The notes: generated from the letters alone by a model not told the origin. Shown: positions 9,668-19,383, counted from the first letter of the stretch. The stretch is DNA of 35,746 nt from a virus (IMGVR_UViG_2563366879_000004:1-35746); one strand, 5' to 3'. A program made the numbers and translations.

Positions 9668-9709
9668 CCATGGAGAATTTAAATTCTGCCCTCCACCTCC
9701 ATGGTTTTT
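9668..9709 (+). terminator. Putative rho-independent terminator after the Z/fun-locus cargo operon
   Basis: 8-bp inverted repeat ccatggag / ctccatgg with a 21-nt loop, followed by ttttt. Confidence 0.45.
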
Positions 9710-10104
9710 CGTTCCCCTGTAAAATTGAATTTTTGAAGTATGTATTTTTCTGAGAAAATTAAAAAATCCAGCTCAACTGAAATTGTACATCATCTATTTG
9801 GATATAGTTTTTGTTATACCAAAATATTCCTTTTCATCGCGAGGTAAAGATAACTGCAAATTGTAAGCACTAGAACGTTCATAGCAGACTTCCAACCACT
9901 GCTCACTCTCAGTCCAGCCTTGATGGATCGCGCAATATGCCCACTTGCGTCTTTTCGAACGATGCGCAGTTGCGGCCCAATGCATACCAAGGGCTTGTGA
10001 CGAGCGTTAACGTTCAAACGTCTGCTCTTGGCACAGAGCGGACTGTCAGATTAGGCTTTACTCTGTGCCATAGATATGTAATCTCACACCAGAGCTTATA
10101 CAAC

Positions 10105-10632
10105 TTATTGCGGCATTTCCGGCCATTCAGGATTTGCAGGATCCACACGGCTGATCAGAACGCTGTAGCGTTCCCATGACTCCAGTCGTGCGCATTCCTC
10201 ATCCGTCGCCATATTCAGCCTGACAGCGCGTTCCAGTGGCTGAATAATGCTTTCCGCTTCGGAAAGTAACGCGGCCTTTTGTGATTCTGCCTGTTGTTGC
10301 TGTTCATCTGCCGTATAAATCCGTTTAACCACAGCACCATCCTTAAACATCCATTTACCTGAGTCGTCAGCACGTCGGTTGGAGGTAATATCAGGAACCT
10401 CAACAACGCTAAAACCTTCAGGATTAAGCGTTGAAGCATCTCTGGTGATAGCGACAATAATATTATTTTCATCGTAAACAATCTTTATTGTGTCTGGCTG
10501 AAAGTTCTTCACTTCCTCATACCAGTTTTTTCCGTCCTCAGAGTAAAGCCAGATAACTCCGTGTTTCTTTGTTAACTCATACTGTTCCAGTGTTTTAGCG
10601 TTACCCGCTTTTATGTTCTTTAAGTGCATCAT
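10105..10632 (-). CDS. G: Tail fiber assembly protein gpG
   Basis: 175-aa ORF; P2 gpG length; immediately downstream of H. Confidence 0.85.
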   Translation of the reverse strand: MMHLKNIKAGNAKTLEQYELTKKHGVIWLYSEDGKNWYEEVKNFQPDTIKIVYDENNIIVAITRDASTLNPEGFSVVEVPDITSNRRADDSGKWMFKDGAVVKRIYTADEQQQQAESQKAALLSEAESIIQPLERAVRLNMATDEECARLESWERYSVLISRVDPANPEWPEMPQ

Positions 10633-10633
10633 A

Positions 10634-12655
10634 TTAAACGCTCGCTACATTATACCAGGTGCCATTTATATACTTTTGAACGGGTCTGTAATAAACACCC
10701 GCTATATTATCGGCAGAGTTGGACCCTGTATCCTGAACATTAATACCAGACAATACATGACCTGATGGGCACTGGAAATTCCATGTTTGCCAGTTGTTCA
10801 CTCCATAATATTGCTGTGAACCAAGTCGAACATCTTTCACATATCTGGAATCAAAGTTGCCATAGTTGCCGGGAATAACTTGCGAGCCACAAAGCCAGTT
10901 ACCGTTATTATCCATGTACGCCTGACCATCGGTGCCATTGGCTGTCCTTGAGTTATTAATCATGTAGATGCCAAATTGCTTGTTCCCCAGTCCACCTATC
11001 ATGAACTTGCGGTCAGCGTGATTCTGGCGAAGCAACGCCTGAGCGCTATCAGTGTTAACTATATTTTTCCCAAAGATAGCGTTGTTATCGCGCATCTGAA
11101 TCCACATACCATTACTGCTGTTAATAGCAAAACGGTCTGAAAGTGTCTCCCCTGAAACATTAAGGCCACTCCCCATCGAAACAGCGCCAGTAGCGTTATT
11201 AATCCATAATGGCCTTAATCCGTTATAAGTCCCCATGTTGTCACCGGAGTTTGTCAACATGAAGTATGTATTTGAACCATCATTACGAATAAAGAATCCG
11301 TAATTACCATAAGCAATACGTAGGCCGTTTGCTGATTTTGATATTATTTCGCCATTTACAATGGCATTGACAAGAACATACAAAGCATCCCATTTAAGAT
11401 TCATCAGGTCTTTTGTTGTAGTACTCTGGCGGCTTCTCCATTTGAAATATTCATTGCCATTATCCCCCGTTTCAAACCACATGAATGAATCAGTGTCACC
11501 ATCGGCATCATTTTTAAATCCAATCTTCGCCCAGTCAGTATTTCGAATCCAGGCAAGGATTGAGTCGTTTTCAAAAGTAAGTCCACCGGACAAGGTATCG
11601 CCATTTTTTTGCACGGCGTTCCCGGCTCGGTTTACCGTTTCCTGTAAACCGAGATATTCGATAACGGCGGCAACGGTCGATTTAGCCAGAATATCCCGCC
11701 CGACTTTTGTCAGGGTTGCCAGGCTGGCAACATCATTCCCCGTAAAATACGGAAGCCTGTCTGCCGCAGTAGCAAGCCCCGCCAGCGCCGTCAGGGTTGC
11801 ATCTTTCGGTTGCTTACCCGCAAGCGCATTAGTCATGGTGGTAGCAAAATTCGGGTCATTGCCCAGCGCCGCCGCCAGCTCGTTCAGCGTATTCAGTGCG
11901 TCAGGCGACGAGTCTACAAGGGCGGCAATCGCGGCCATAACGAAAGCCGTGTTTGCGATCTGAGTATTATTCGTTCCCTGTCGCGCAGTTGGCGTCGTTG
12001 GCGTTCCGGTCAGTGCAGGGCTGTTTAATGGCGCTTTCTTGTTCGTTTCATCCATTACCGTCTTAACGGCTTTCGGCGTTGCGGCCAGTGTTTCAGACGT
12101 GCTGTTGGTCGCGCTGCTTAGCTGAGTAAAACCTTTTGCGGTCAGCGAGGCGTCCGGGTGACGTCGTGACTGTTCGTGCTCTGCAATTTTGTCATCAACG
12201 TAATCCTGCGTTGCCATCACCGTTGTGGTGTCAATGGTCAGCTCCACTGAGGCCACACTGCTGACGATGATGACCATGCGGCAGGTCTGCGAACGCCCTG
12301 AGCCTTCGGCAAGGGCAGGCTTATAACTTTCGGCCATGTTCGCCACGGCAATTAACGTTCCTGCATCATCGTACAGGCCAAGCTCACGCATCCAGAAACC
12401 GCCCACCTCCGGCGGAATAACCAGCTCTGCGATAATATAATTACTGTTTCGTTTGTCCTGCCTGATTTTGTTCAGCGCATGTCGCCAGACTTCGTGGATA
12501 AGCCCGGTCTGTCCGGCATCCGGGACAGGCAATTTACCACCGCCATCCCCGACGGCCATCGTGGTAATGTTGACCTTCCGCCCTCCCGGTGCGGTTGCCG
12601 CTGCCAGCTTTGCTGCACCGGCAGTGGTGATAACGGTTCTGAATTTTGTGCTCAT
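10634..12655 (-). CDS. H: Tail fiber protein gpH
   Basis: 673-aa ORF; Ala/Thr-rich repeats in the middle; P2 gpH position (length here slightly different from the recalled 669 aa). Confidence 0.85.
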   Translation of the reverse strand: MSTKFRTVITTAGAAKLAAATAPGGRKVNITTMAVGDGGGKLPVPDAGQTGLIHEVWRHALNKIRQDKRNSNYIIAELVIPPEVGGFWMRELGLYDDAGTLIAVANMAESYKPALAEGSGRSQTCRMVIIVSSVASVELTIDTTTVMATQDYVDDKIAEHEQSRRHPDASLTAKGFTQLSSATNSTSETLAATPKAVKTVMDETNKKAPLNSPALTGTPTTPTARQGTNNTQIANTAFVMAAIAALVDSSPDALNTLNELAAALGNDPNFATTMTNALAGKQPKDATLTALAGLATAADRLPYFTGNDVASLATLTKVGRDILAKSTVAAVIEYLGLQETVNRAGNAVQKNGDTLSGGLTFENDSILAWIRNTDWAKIGFKNDADGDTDSFMWFETGDNGNEYFKWRSRQSTTTKDLMNLKWDALYVLVNAIVNGEIISKSANGLRIAYGNYGFFIRNDGSNTYFMLTNSGDNMGTYNGLRPLWINNATGAVSMGSGLNVSGETLSDRFAINSSNGMWIQMRDNNAIFGKNIVNTDSAQALLRQNHADRKFMIGGLGNKQFGIYMINNSRTANGTDGQAYMDNNGNWLCGSQVIPGNYGNFDSRYVKDVRLGSQQYYGVNNWQTWNFQCPSGHVLSGINVQDTGSNSADNIAGVYYRPVQKYINGTWYNVASV

Positions 12656-12665
12656 TATTCCTCAC

Positions 12666-13196
12666 TTATCCGGGGTAAACCGTAATTACATCGCCGTCAT
12701 AAGCCACACCACCGACGAACAGGTCGCCGGGAATGTCCCGGGTAATGTTCAGACCAATAAGGTGGCGGCTTGCAGGTTTGGCATCAGCAATCAGCCGTTC
12801 CATTTCCTGATACATTGCCTCTGTGATACCGCTTTCCAGTACACCAATATCAAGCCGGAAGGTGCCGGGCGGGTCACTGTTTTCCCACCACTCCGTCACG
12901 TTGATGAGATAGCCGAGCGGCTCCACCACGCGTCGGATTGCGCCTATAGTGCCTTTATGACAGTGGATGAAATAGGCATCGCGGATAACGGCGCGTTTTG
13001 TCGCTTCCGGCCACTTTTCATCCCACCTGTCGACCGAAAACGCCCACGCCAGCCACGGCAGCAAATTTGCCGGGCAGGTGTCCGGGTTCCACAGCTCACG
13101 AATCCTGACCGGCGTTTTTTCAATTTCCGCACAGGCTTTTGCGGCAGCAACTTCAAGCGGTGATGAGCCGGTCGGCAGCAGTCGCGAATCACTCAT
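12666..13196 (-). CDS. I: Baseplate protein gpI
   Basis: 176-aa ORF; P2 gpI length and synteny. Confidence 0.85.
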   Translation of the reverse strand: MSDSRLLPTGSSPLEVAAAKACAEIEKTPVRIRELWNPDTCPANLLPWLAWAFSVDRWDEKWPEATKRAVIRDAYFIHCHKGTIGAIRRVVEPLGYLINVTEWWENSDPPGTFRLDIGVLESGITEAMYQEMERLIADAKPASRHLIGLNITRDIPGDLFVGGVAYDGDVITVYPG

Positions 13197-14097
13197 CCGA
13201 GCCTCCGGTCACGACGCGGTATTCGGTGCAGAAAGACGCCTGCGTACTGTTGAGCACGATGTCGGCCAGTGGTGCGGCCAGCTCGACACGCTGCACGCCT
13301 TCCACATGCAAAGCGGCATAAATGGCAGACAGACGGATGTCGCGCCCCAGCCGGTGCTGTGCCGTGATGTACGCTTCCAGTTTTTTCACGGCGGCAGCGC
13401 GTATGGGTTCGCTTTCGGGACCAGGGTAAAGGTAAAGCGTGGCGTTTATCTGGTATTCAACGATGGCGGCAGACTGCACGGTCACACGGTCGGCCACCGG
13501 CCTGACGTCCTCACCATTAAGGGCGTTGCGCACCACCGCCAGCAGGTCTTCGGATGCGACACCGTTATTTTCGCGGGACAGCACGGAGATAGTGACGCAG
13601 GCCGGAGACGGACTGGTGACAGAGATATCCGCGACACGCCCGTCGGCACTGCGACCATGATACTGATAAGCCCCCACCGACCCGGCGACGCTTAAACCTT
13701 CAAACGCCTGCTGAATACGCAGACGATAATCCGTGTCAGATTCCATCACGGCCGGTGTCGGCGGGAGGGTCGAATCATCTGCCGGGGTGATAATCAGGCG
13801 TGTGGTGTTGTAATTGGCACCAATCACATCAAGGTCATTACCGGCGGCACAGGCCAGCATCACCGCCCGTGCAGCCTCATTCACACGCTGACGCCAGATA
13901 AGCTCACGATAAGCATTTTCCTCCAGCAGTTTGACGAGAGGCTCGGATTCCAGCGTCAGGGTACGGGCGACCGCCTCCTGCTGGTCTTCCGGGTAAAGGG
14001 AAATCAGTGTCGCCTTGCGTTCAGCGAGAATGGTTTCAAAGTCCAGCTCCTCGACCACATCCGGTGCGGGTAGCTGGTTTAGGTCGATAATCGGCAT
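13189..14097 (-). CDS. J: Baseplate protein gpJ
   Basis: 302-aa ORF; P2 gpJ length and synteny. Confidence 0.85.
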   Translation of the reverse strand: MPIIDLNQLPAPDVVEELDFETILAERKATLISLYPEDQQEAVARTLTLESEPLVKLLEENAYRELIWRQRVNEAARAVMLACAAGNDLDVIGANYNTTRLIITPADDSTLPPTPAVMESDTDYRLRIQQAFEGLSVAGSVGAYQYHGRSADGRVADISVTSPSPACVTISVLSRENNGVASEDLLAVVRNALNGEDVRPVADRVTVQSAAIVEYQINATLYLYPGPESEPIRAAAVKKLEAYITAQHRLGRDIRLSAIYAALHVEGVQRVELAAPLADIVLNSTQASFCTEYRVVTGGSDE

Positions 14098-14101
14098 GGT
14101 T

Positions 14102-14449
14102 TCAACTCACAGGGATGGTTAATGAAAGTGGCTGGCCGGTGTCGTTGTGCTGGCCGGTTAACGTGACCGTCATTCGCCCGTCAAAGCTGCGCGCCGTAGT
14201 AACGGATGACAGGGTGACGCGGGGTTCCCATTTCAGCACCGCCATGTAACAGGCGACCTTAATCTGCAACTCAAGCGCCGGGGTCTGCGGCTGGTCAATC
14301 ATTGACGCCAGCAACGAGCCGTAATCACGACGCATCACCCGTGAGCCGACCGGCGTGCGCAGGATATCGCCGATACTCTGGCTGATATGCTCAAGGTCAG
14401 TGACAGTCAGGCCATCACTGCGATTCATTCCGAGATAACGTGCTGTCAT
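14102..14449 (-). CDS. W: Baseplate wedge protein gpW
   Basis: 115-aa ORF; P2 gpW length; ATGA overlap with the V stop. Confidence 0.85.
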   Translation of the reverse strand: MTARYLGMNRSDGLTVTDLEHISQSIGDILRTPVGSRVMRRDYGSLLASMIDQPQTPALELQIKVACYMAVLKWEPRVTLSSVTTARSFDGRMTVTLTGQHNDTGQPLSLTIPVS

Positions 14450-15081
14450 AGAGGACTCCCGGTTGTGCCGCCGCTGTCGCCGGGGTGTTTATGGGTATGC
14501 AGTACCTTACCGTTTGATGAGAGTTCACCGCCGGTGTGTTCAATGTTGCCGCGCATCGTCCCGCCCTTCTGTACTTCCAGCGTGCCGGTAATCAGCCTGT
14601 TGGTGCAGACCACCTCCGGTGTGTCCAGGGTGATGCGGGTTGACGCTTTCACCATGACCACCGGCACCGTGGCAGTAACAGAATCAGAAGCCGTCACGCT
14701 GGCCGTTTTAATTCCGCTTACCGTGAGCGCACTGGTTTCAGGTTCATACTCAATCACCGCCCCGTCAGGGAAACGGATATGCAGGGCATCCGCCGACGCA
14801 GACGGCGCGGGGTTATCGCCGGAATAAATCCCCGGCAGAACGAACGCCGTGTCGAGTTCACCGCCCACGGCCAGAATCAGCACCTGTTCCCCCACGGAAG
14901 GTGCCCACCATGTGCGCGAACGCCCGGCACGATGGGTCAGCCACTGAAGCCAGTCGGTGCACATGCCGCCGGTCTGCACACGGCAGCGACCGGCGTTAAG
15001 GTCGGTTTCGACGATAACGCCGGTGCGAATCATGTTGCGCAGTGCGCGCGCGAGTTCCTGAATATTTGCGAGAGTGTTCAT
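14446..15081 (-). CDS. V: Baseplate spike protein gpV
   Basis: ATG at 15081 gives 211 aa starting MNTLANIQELARAL, as recalled for P2 gpV; the supplied ORF extends to a TTG at 15117 with no SD. Confidence 0.8.
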   Translation of the reverse strand: MNTLANIQELARALRNMIRTGVIVETDLNAGRCRVQTGGMCTDWLQWLTHRAGRSRTWWAPSVGEQVLILAVGGELDTAFVLPGIYSGDNPAPSASADALHIRFPDGAVIEYEPETSALTVSGIKTASVTASDSVTATVPVVMVKASTRITLDTPEVVCTNRLITGTLEVQKGGTMRGNIEHTGGELSSNGKVLHTHKHPGDSGGTTGSPL

Positions 15082-15158
15082 AACGGGAAGGATGCCGCCG
15101 GACGATACCAGCAGCAATCATGGAGGACTCTGTCAGCCGTGACACAACATAATAAATA

Positions 15159-15914
15159 TTAGTTGTAACACTTCTCTATAATCTTCATACACTCCTCATG
15201 AGCTAAATCATGGCTGTCAAATTCTTTATTAAAAAAGAAGAAAAACGCCTTCTTAACCTGAGGCATTTCAATAAAAATAAATTCATCAACCTTATGAAAG
15301 AAATGAAAACTCTTGTTTGATGTTTCAAAAACCATCAAAGAATTATGTTTTTTATCCTTCCATTTCGACATCAGATTGCGTCGCGATTTTCTTATAATCC
15401 TGAAGACATCCTCCGGTGTCGTATCGACATTCCCCCAAAACATTGCAACCGGGAAGTTTGCAAGGAAAGGGATATAATCCCCCCCTTTATACCTGAGAAA
15501 GCGGGTCCGTAAATCCATTAATTGCAACTTAAAGCCCATGTATTGCAACCACCATATGATGCAATCATATTCATAATCTGTTAACTCATCGCCCCTCTTT
15601 TCCGTAAGAAATTTCTTCAGGTTATACTCAAACGCTCCCAGCAAATCAGAATTGCACACTCTGCATGCTGGTACAGTGGCTTTGATGTAATGAGTTGACT
15701 GATTATTCTTTTTATTAATTAAAAGTTTTTCAGCATTTGACTCAAAAGCCCACTGAGGAATAATGTGCTCACGAGTAATATCGCCAGAACTCCCGCATAA
15801 CACACATACATCAGCATTATGGTCAGCAATAATACAATCCATAACTTTCTTTTGAGAATGCTTTACTCTTTTTCTCAAAATGGAAAACTTTTTATCCACA
15901 AACACCCGTCTCAT
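15159..15914 (-). CDS. HNH-motif nuclease-domain protein (251 aa) at the orf30 variable position
   Basis: N-terminal CVLCG...REHIIP...N...CRVCN pattern (two CxxC pairs flanking an HNH-like core); ATGA overlap with the S stop; AT-rich relative to neighbours. Confidence 0.6.
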   Translation of the reverse strand: MRRVFVDKKFSILRKRVKHSQKKVMDCIIADHNADVCVLCGSSGDITREHIIPQWAFESNAEKLLINKKNNQSTHYIKATVPACRVCNSDLLGAFEYNLKKFLTEKRGDELTDYEYDCIIWWLQYMGFKLQLMDLRTRFLRYKGGDYIPFLANFPVAMFWGNVDTTPEDVFRIIRKSRRNLMSKWKDKKHNSLMVFETSNKSFHFFHKVDEFIFIEMPQVKKAFFFFFNKEFDSHDLAHEECMKIIEKCYN

Positions 15915-16369
15915 ATAACATCTTTCGATAGAATCACTAATAACTCCCTTTCTATCAATTGTATAGATTCCTTGTCAAAACCAAATAACTCACGAACAGG
16001 ATATTCCACCACAGCACTATTACGCCCCGGCTTATCCCTAAGCCCTAATTGATGTACCCGCGCAATTCGTTGTACTCCGCTGGCAAACGCCACCACCGCC
16101 GCACTCTCGCTACCTGTTGCTTTCATAAACCGGTTAGTGCGTAATTTCACAAACATTTCCCGCTTTATCCGGCCTTTCTTATTTCGCACTGGCTGGTTTT
16201 TTCTCGGTACATACGGCGTACCATCCGGGGCTTTTTGTAATTTAATTCGCTGCTGCTGGCGCTGGCGCAGTTTCTTCGCAATATCTACCGCCAGTCGCCG
16301 ACGCCCTGACGGTGACAGTGACTCAGTCAGTCCGGTCAGCCGGTCTTCAAAACGCTTAAACTCATTCAT
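15911..16369 (-). CDS. S: Tail completion protein gpS
   Basis: 152-aa ORF in P2 gpS position (recalled P2 length 150 aa). Confidence 0.8.
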   Translation of the reverse strand: MNEFKRFEDRLTGLTESLSPSGRRRLAVDIAKKLRQRQQQRIKLQKAPDGTPYVPRKNQPVRNKKGRIKREMFVKLRTNRFMKATGSESAAVVAFASGVQRIARVHQLGLRDKPGRNSAVVEYPVRELFGFDKESIQLIERELLVILSKDVI

Positions 16370-16838
16370 CCCACTTGCTCACCAGTTCGCCATTGATATA
16401 AAGCTCCATCGGGCGGGTGACCGGCTCCGGCGGCGTGGGTTCCGGGATATTCTTCACATGCAGCGCGCCGTCCACCTCACTGACCAGCGTGCGCTCGGTC
16501 AACATCAGGCTGATGCTGATATCAAAGCTGCTGTCATTGTTGATGTCTGCATAAAACGTGAAGCCCTTTTTCTGGCCTTCGTCGGTGGTCATGATGTCGG
16601 GCTGATTTTCCCGCAGCCACGCCAGCACCGGCACAATAAGCAGGTCAAAATCACCGGTAAAGTCGGTCACAATCACATTGAGCGTGTAACGCTTTTCGAA
16701 TGACAACGACGTCGCCAGTGTGGAGGCAATACTCCCGTTATCCACGAATATCCGCAGCATCTCGGGACTGGTTTTCAGCACCGTGACGGCATCAGTCAGC
16801 GCCCTGCGCAGGCTGTCGGGTTTGAGCATCGTTTTCAT
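16362..16838 (-). CDS. R: Tail completion protein gpR (true start may be the internal ATG at 16829, giving 155 aa)
   Basis: 158-aa ORF in P2 gpR position between lysis genes and S. Confidence 0.8.
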   Translation of the reverse strand: MKTMLKPDSLRRALTDAVTVLKTSPEMLRIFVDNGSIASTLATSLSFEKRYTLNVIVTDFTGDFDLLIVPVLAWLRENQPDIMTTDEGQKKGFTFYADINNDSSFDISISLMLTERTLVSEVDGALHVKNIPEPTPPEPVTRPMELYINGELVSKWDE

Positions 16839-17082
16839 CCTGACAGTGTTTAATCATTTTTACCTGGCTGGCACAGCGTGCCAGCGCGTTCTCAAGCTGC
16901 CGGATATCGGCACTTAAATCGCCGTTCGTCTGCGGGTCACTGCCCGGCATCGGGCAAAGGCTCACTTTCGGGCAGGCGTTGTGGACAATCACTGGCGTCT
17001 GCACAGGCTGTGCGCTGGTGCAACCGGCGCACAGCATCAGGCAGGTCAGCGCCGTACCAGCGGCGAAAATCTTCGTTTTCAT
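16792..17082 (-). CDS. lysC: LysC, Rz1-like outer-membrane lipoprotein, embedded out of frame in lysB
   Basis: ATG at 17082 with GAGG 8 nt upstream; 96 aa beginning MKTKIFAAGTALTCLMLCAGC (signal peptide plus lipobox); P2 LysC length. Confidence 0.75.
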   Translation of the reverse strand: MKTKIFAAGTALTCLMLCAGCTSAQPVQTPVIVHNACPKVSLCPMPGSDPQTNGDLSADIRQLENALARCASQVKMIKHCQDENDAQTRQPAQGAD

Positions 17083-17362
17083 TAAGTAACCTCGTGATGG
17101 TTTTCTCGCGCTGTGCTTCACGCTTCGCGGCGTTTTCCAGTTCCTGACGCAGTGCCACCTGCGCCAGCTCGTTTTTGTCTGCCCTGGTGAGGGCAACATG
17201 AAGCTGATTTTTCAGCATGGTGATGGTCGTCTGCTGCCCGCTGGCGACGCTGTTCGCCCTGTCCAGTGAGGTGCGCAGTCTGGCGTTTTCATGCTTCACC
17301 AGAAACAGCCCCGCCACCGCCAGCGATAACAACACGACCAGTGCAATCATCAGCTTTGACAT
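16937..17362 (-). CDS. lysB: LysB, Rz-like spanin component
   Basis: 141-aa ORF with N-terminal TM helix and charged coiled-coil; P2 LysB length and position. Confidence 0.8.
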   Translation of the reverse strand: MSKLMIALVVLLSLAVAGLFLVKHENARLRTSLDRANSVASGQQTTITMLKNQLHVALTRADKNELAQVALRQELENAAKREAQREKTITRLLNENEDFRRWYGADLPDAVRRLHQRTACADASDCPQRLPESEPLPDAGQ

Positions 17363-17775
17363 AGTTCCCGCCCCTCAAGACGCTGACGGCAGGCCGTACG
17401 TATCAGCCGGAAGAACACCGATGCCACGAGATAAATCAGCGCGGTAAAAATCCACCCGGCAGCGACCAGCGAGATAAATGTCGCCACCATCACCACCAGA
17501 GCTACTGCCCGTCTGCGCCACGGCACCGGCTGCAAAAACAGCGCCGTGACAATCTTCACGGCCAGCGATTCCGGTGGCAGCTCCCGCCCGTAGCGTTCCA
17601 GTACATACTCTGTGGCATACACGCCGACACCACCGGCAACCACACAGATAACCGTCGCCAGAATCGCCCAGGCGGCGACAAAACTGACGGCCACGCTCTG
17701 CGGGTAAATCAGGGACAGTGCCAGCATCAGCGCCAGCGACACGTTCAGCATCAGTGAAAGGGATAATTTCTTCAT
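17350..17775 (-). CDS. lysA: LysA, lysis-timing membrane protein
   Basis: 141-aa ORF, multiple hydrophobic helices; P2 LysA length and position. Confidence 0.8.
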   Translation of the reverse strand: MKKLSLSLMLNVSLALMLALSLIYPQSVAVSFVAAWAILATVICVVAGGVGVYATEYVLERYGRELPPESLAVKIVTALFLQPVPWRRRAVALVVMVATFISLVAAGWIFTALIYLVASVFFRLIRTACRQRLEGRELCQS

Positions 17776-17789
17776 GGTGTTTACTCCGT

Positions 17790-18287
17790 TTAAGCCGGTA
17801 CGCCGCCAGCGGTACGCCAGACGGTGACCAGTTTTTCCAGTGAATGCTCACGCTGACCGTAACCGGCACCCGGCAGGGACGCCCAGATATTGCGACAGCG
17901 TGAAATGGCGCGCTCAATGCGTCCCGCCCGGATGTCATCCAGTGCACCGCGTTCGCGGATCAACTGAATGGCGAGTCTGTCCTGTGACAACGGACTGAAA
18001 TCCGGCAGGGCAAGCTGTTTGCGGTAGTGCGGCCAGAACAGGTAAAGCTGCTGATAGCGACCGGAGGCCGTGGATTTTTCACCACGACGGTTAAACACCT
18101 TCGCCGGTCGGCCATGTGCGAACGGGTGGTCACTGTAGTCGGTGAAGATTTCCGGCTTCCCGTCCAGTCCGGTGACTATCACGTCATAGCCCCGGTTTTT
18201 CGTCAGCGGGTGATTCGCCGTCCCTTCGGACACGGCCAGCATGTCGAGAAAGGCAGCGATATTCTGATGCGTGTTAATTACCGGCAT
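17790..18287 (-). CDS. K: Endolysin gpK (lysozyme)
   Basis: 165-aa ORF; P2 gpK length; downstream of the holin. Confidence 0.85.
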   Translation of the reverse strand: MPVINTHQNIAAFLDMLAVSEGTANHPLTKNRGYDVIVTGLDGKPEIFTDYSDHPFAHGRPAKVFNRRGEKSTASGRYQQLYLFWPHYRKQLALPDFSPLSQDRLAIQLIRERGALDDIRAGRIERAISRCRNIWASLPGAGYGQREHSLEKLVTVWRTAGGVPA

Positions 18288-18568
18288 TACTGTTTCCCCC
18301 TGCCCTTAAAGCGGCGCTGAATGGCAATCTCAATCACCTGATAACCGGCGATACCCAGCATGGAGCCGATGCCGCACACCGCAGGCAGTGACAGGTCAGG
18401 AAACTGCACCAGAACAACACCGGCAACCATCGAGACAAAACCACCGAGCAACATGCGCCCGATAAACAGACGCGGGGTGATGGGTTCACCACCGGCAAGC
18501 ACCTTGCCGACAACAATCAGCACCCCAATCATGAAAAGCGACAGGACGCTTTTTTCTTCTGCTGTCAT
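18287..18568 (-). CDS. Y: Holin gpY
   Basis: 93-aa ORF with hydrophobic helices and charged C-terminus; P2 gpY length. Confidence 0.85.
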   Translation of the reverse strand: MTAEEKSVLSLFMIGVLIVVGKVLAGGEPITPRLFIGRMLLGGFVSMVAGVVLVQFPDLSLPAVCGIGSMLGIAGYQVIEIAIQRRFKGRGKQ

Positions 18569-18571
18569 GCG

Positions 18572-18775
18572 TTACTCCCACAGATTGACAGTTTCAGCCA
18601 CGGGCGCGGTCTGAACGTCGGGCAGTTCGACGGCGGTGCCGTGTGGCAGCACCGCGCCCAGTTCAGCCAGTCCCGGATTTGCGGCGAGCACGGTCTCAAC
18701 CACGCCCTCAGTGCGCCCGTAATACCGGACACAAATGGCGTCGAGCGTGTCGCCCTGTAGCGCAAAGGTCTTCAT
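18572..18775 (-). CDS. X: Tail protein gpX
   Basis: Internal ATG at 18775 gives 67 aa (MKTFALQGDTLD...), P2 gpX length; TGATG overlap with the L stop. Confidence 0.8.
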   Translation of the reverse strand: MKTFALQGDTLDAICVRYYGRTEGVVETVLAANPGLAELGAVLPHGTAVELPDVQTAPVAETVNLWE

Positions 18776-19284
18776 CAGATTTGACTCACGATGCAGCGCG
18801 GCTTGTCCTGGATACGCGCCACCGCCCAGCGCATATCCCGCCACAGTTCATCAATGGTGCTGTCAATGCTGTCGGCCTTCTTGTCGCCTTTCGCACTGGC
18901 ATCCACGCCGCGGTAACGCTCATAAAGCGACGCGGTCGCCATCGCACACACGGCGCGCTCGTAGTAAAAAACTTTGATGCTTTCACCGTCGATGTCGTCC
19001 GCCGGAACGTCCGCCAGACGCGTAAAACCGGCGGCAATTTTCTGTTCGCGGTACTCGTACAGCTCCGCATTCGTCTCCGCCATGCCTGACTTGATGGCCT
19101 CACGCAGACGGGCGGGGGCGACGGTCTGCTCAAGGCGCATACGTTCCCGGACGCGCTTCGGGTCGATATCGGGAAAAAAGAACGTGTTTTTAATCACCGG
19201 CTCGTCGCCTGCCGGTTGCGGGATGACCACCGTCCCCTCACCGGACACGGGAGCCTCCTTTCGCGGAATAATCAGCGTCATCAT
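18775..19284 (-). CDS. L: Capsid completion protein gpL
   Basis: ATG at 19284 with GAGG 8 nt upstream gives 169 aa (MMTLIIPRKE...), P2 gpL length; the supplied ORF is longer. Confidence 0.8.
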   Translation of the reverse strand: MMTLIIPRKEAPVSGEGTVVIPQPAGDEPVIKNTFFFPDIDPKRVRERMRLEQTVAPARLREAIKSGMAETNAELYEYREQKIAAGFTRLADVPADDIDGESIKVFYYERAVCAMATASLYERYRGVDASAKGDKKADSIDSTIDELWRDMRWAVARIQDKPRCIVSQI

Positions 19285-19383
19285 GACTACCTCTGAAAAG
19301 TCGGGCGGTGGACGCCGGTGCAGTGTCAGGTGATTCACCCTCACTGACCGGCGTGCCGCCCTGGCGCGGGGCGCATTCGGTTG

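Noticed and set aside
9794-10179. ORFs of 63, 67 and 80 aa in the spacer between the Z/fun cargo and G
   Set aside because: Mutually overlapping on both strands with no SD; the region is more likely non-coding remnant or regulatory.
11361-13695. Antisense and alternative-frame ORFs within H, I and J (for example 11361..11963, 12453..13163, 13078..13695)
   Set aside because: Overlap tail fiber and baseplate genes that have P2 lengths and coupled junctions.
14446-15117. Longer V reading frame starting at TTG 15117 (223 aa)
   Set aside because: No SD before the TTG; the ATG at 15081 gives the expected 211-aa gpV N-terminus.
17375-19333. Alternative-frame ORFs across the lysis and L/X region (for example 17375..17947, 18643..19089, 18786..19133, 18974..19333)
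   Set aside because: Overlap well-supported lysis, X and L genes; Arg/Cys/Pro-rich translations indicate non-coding frames.
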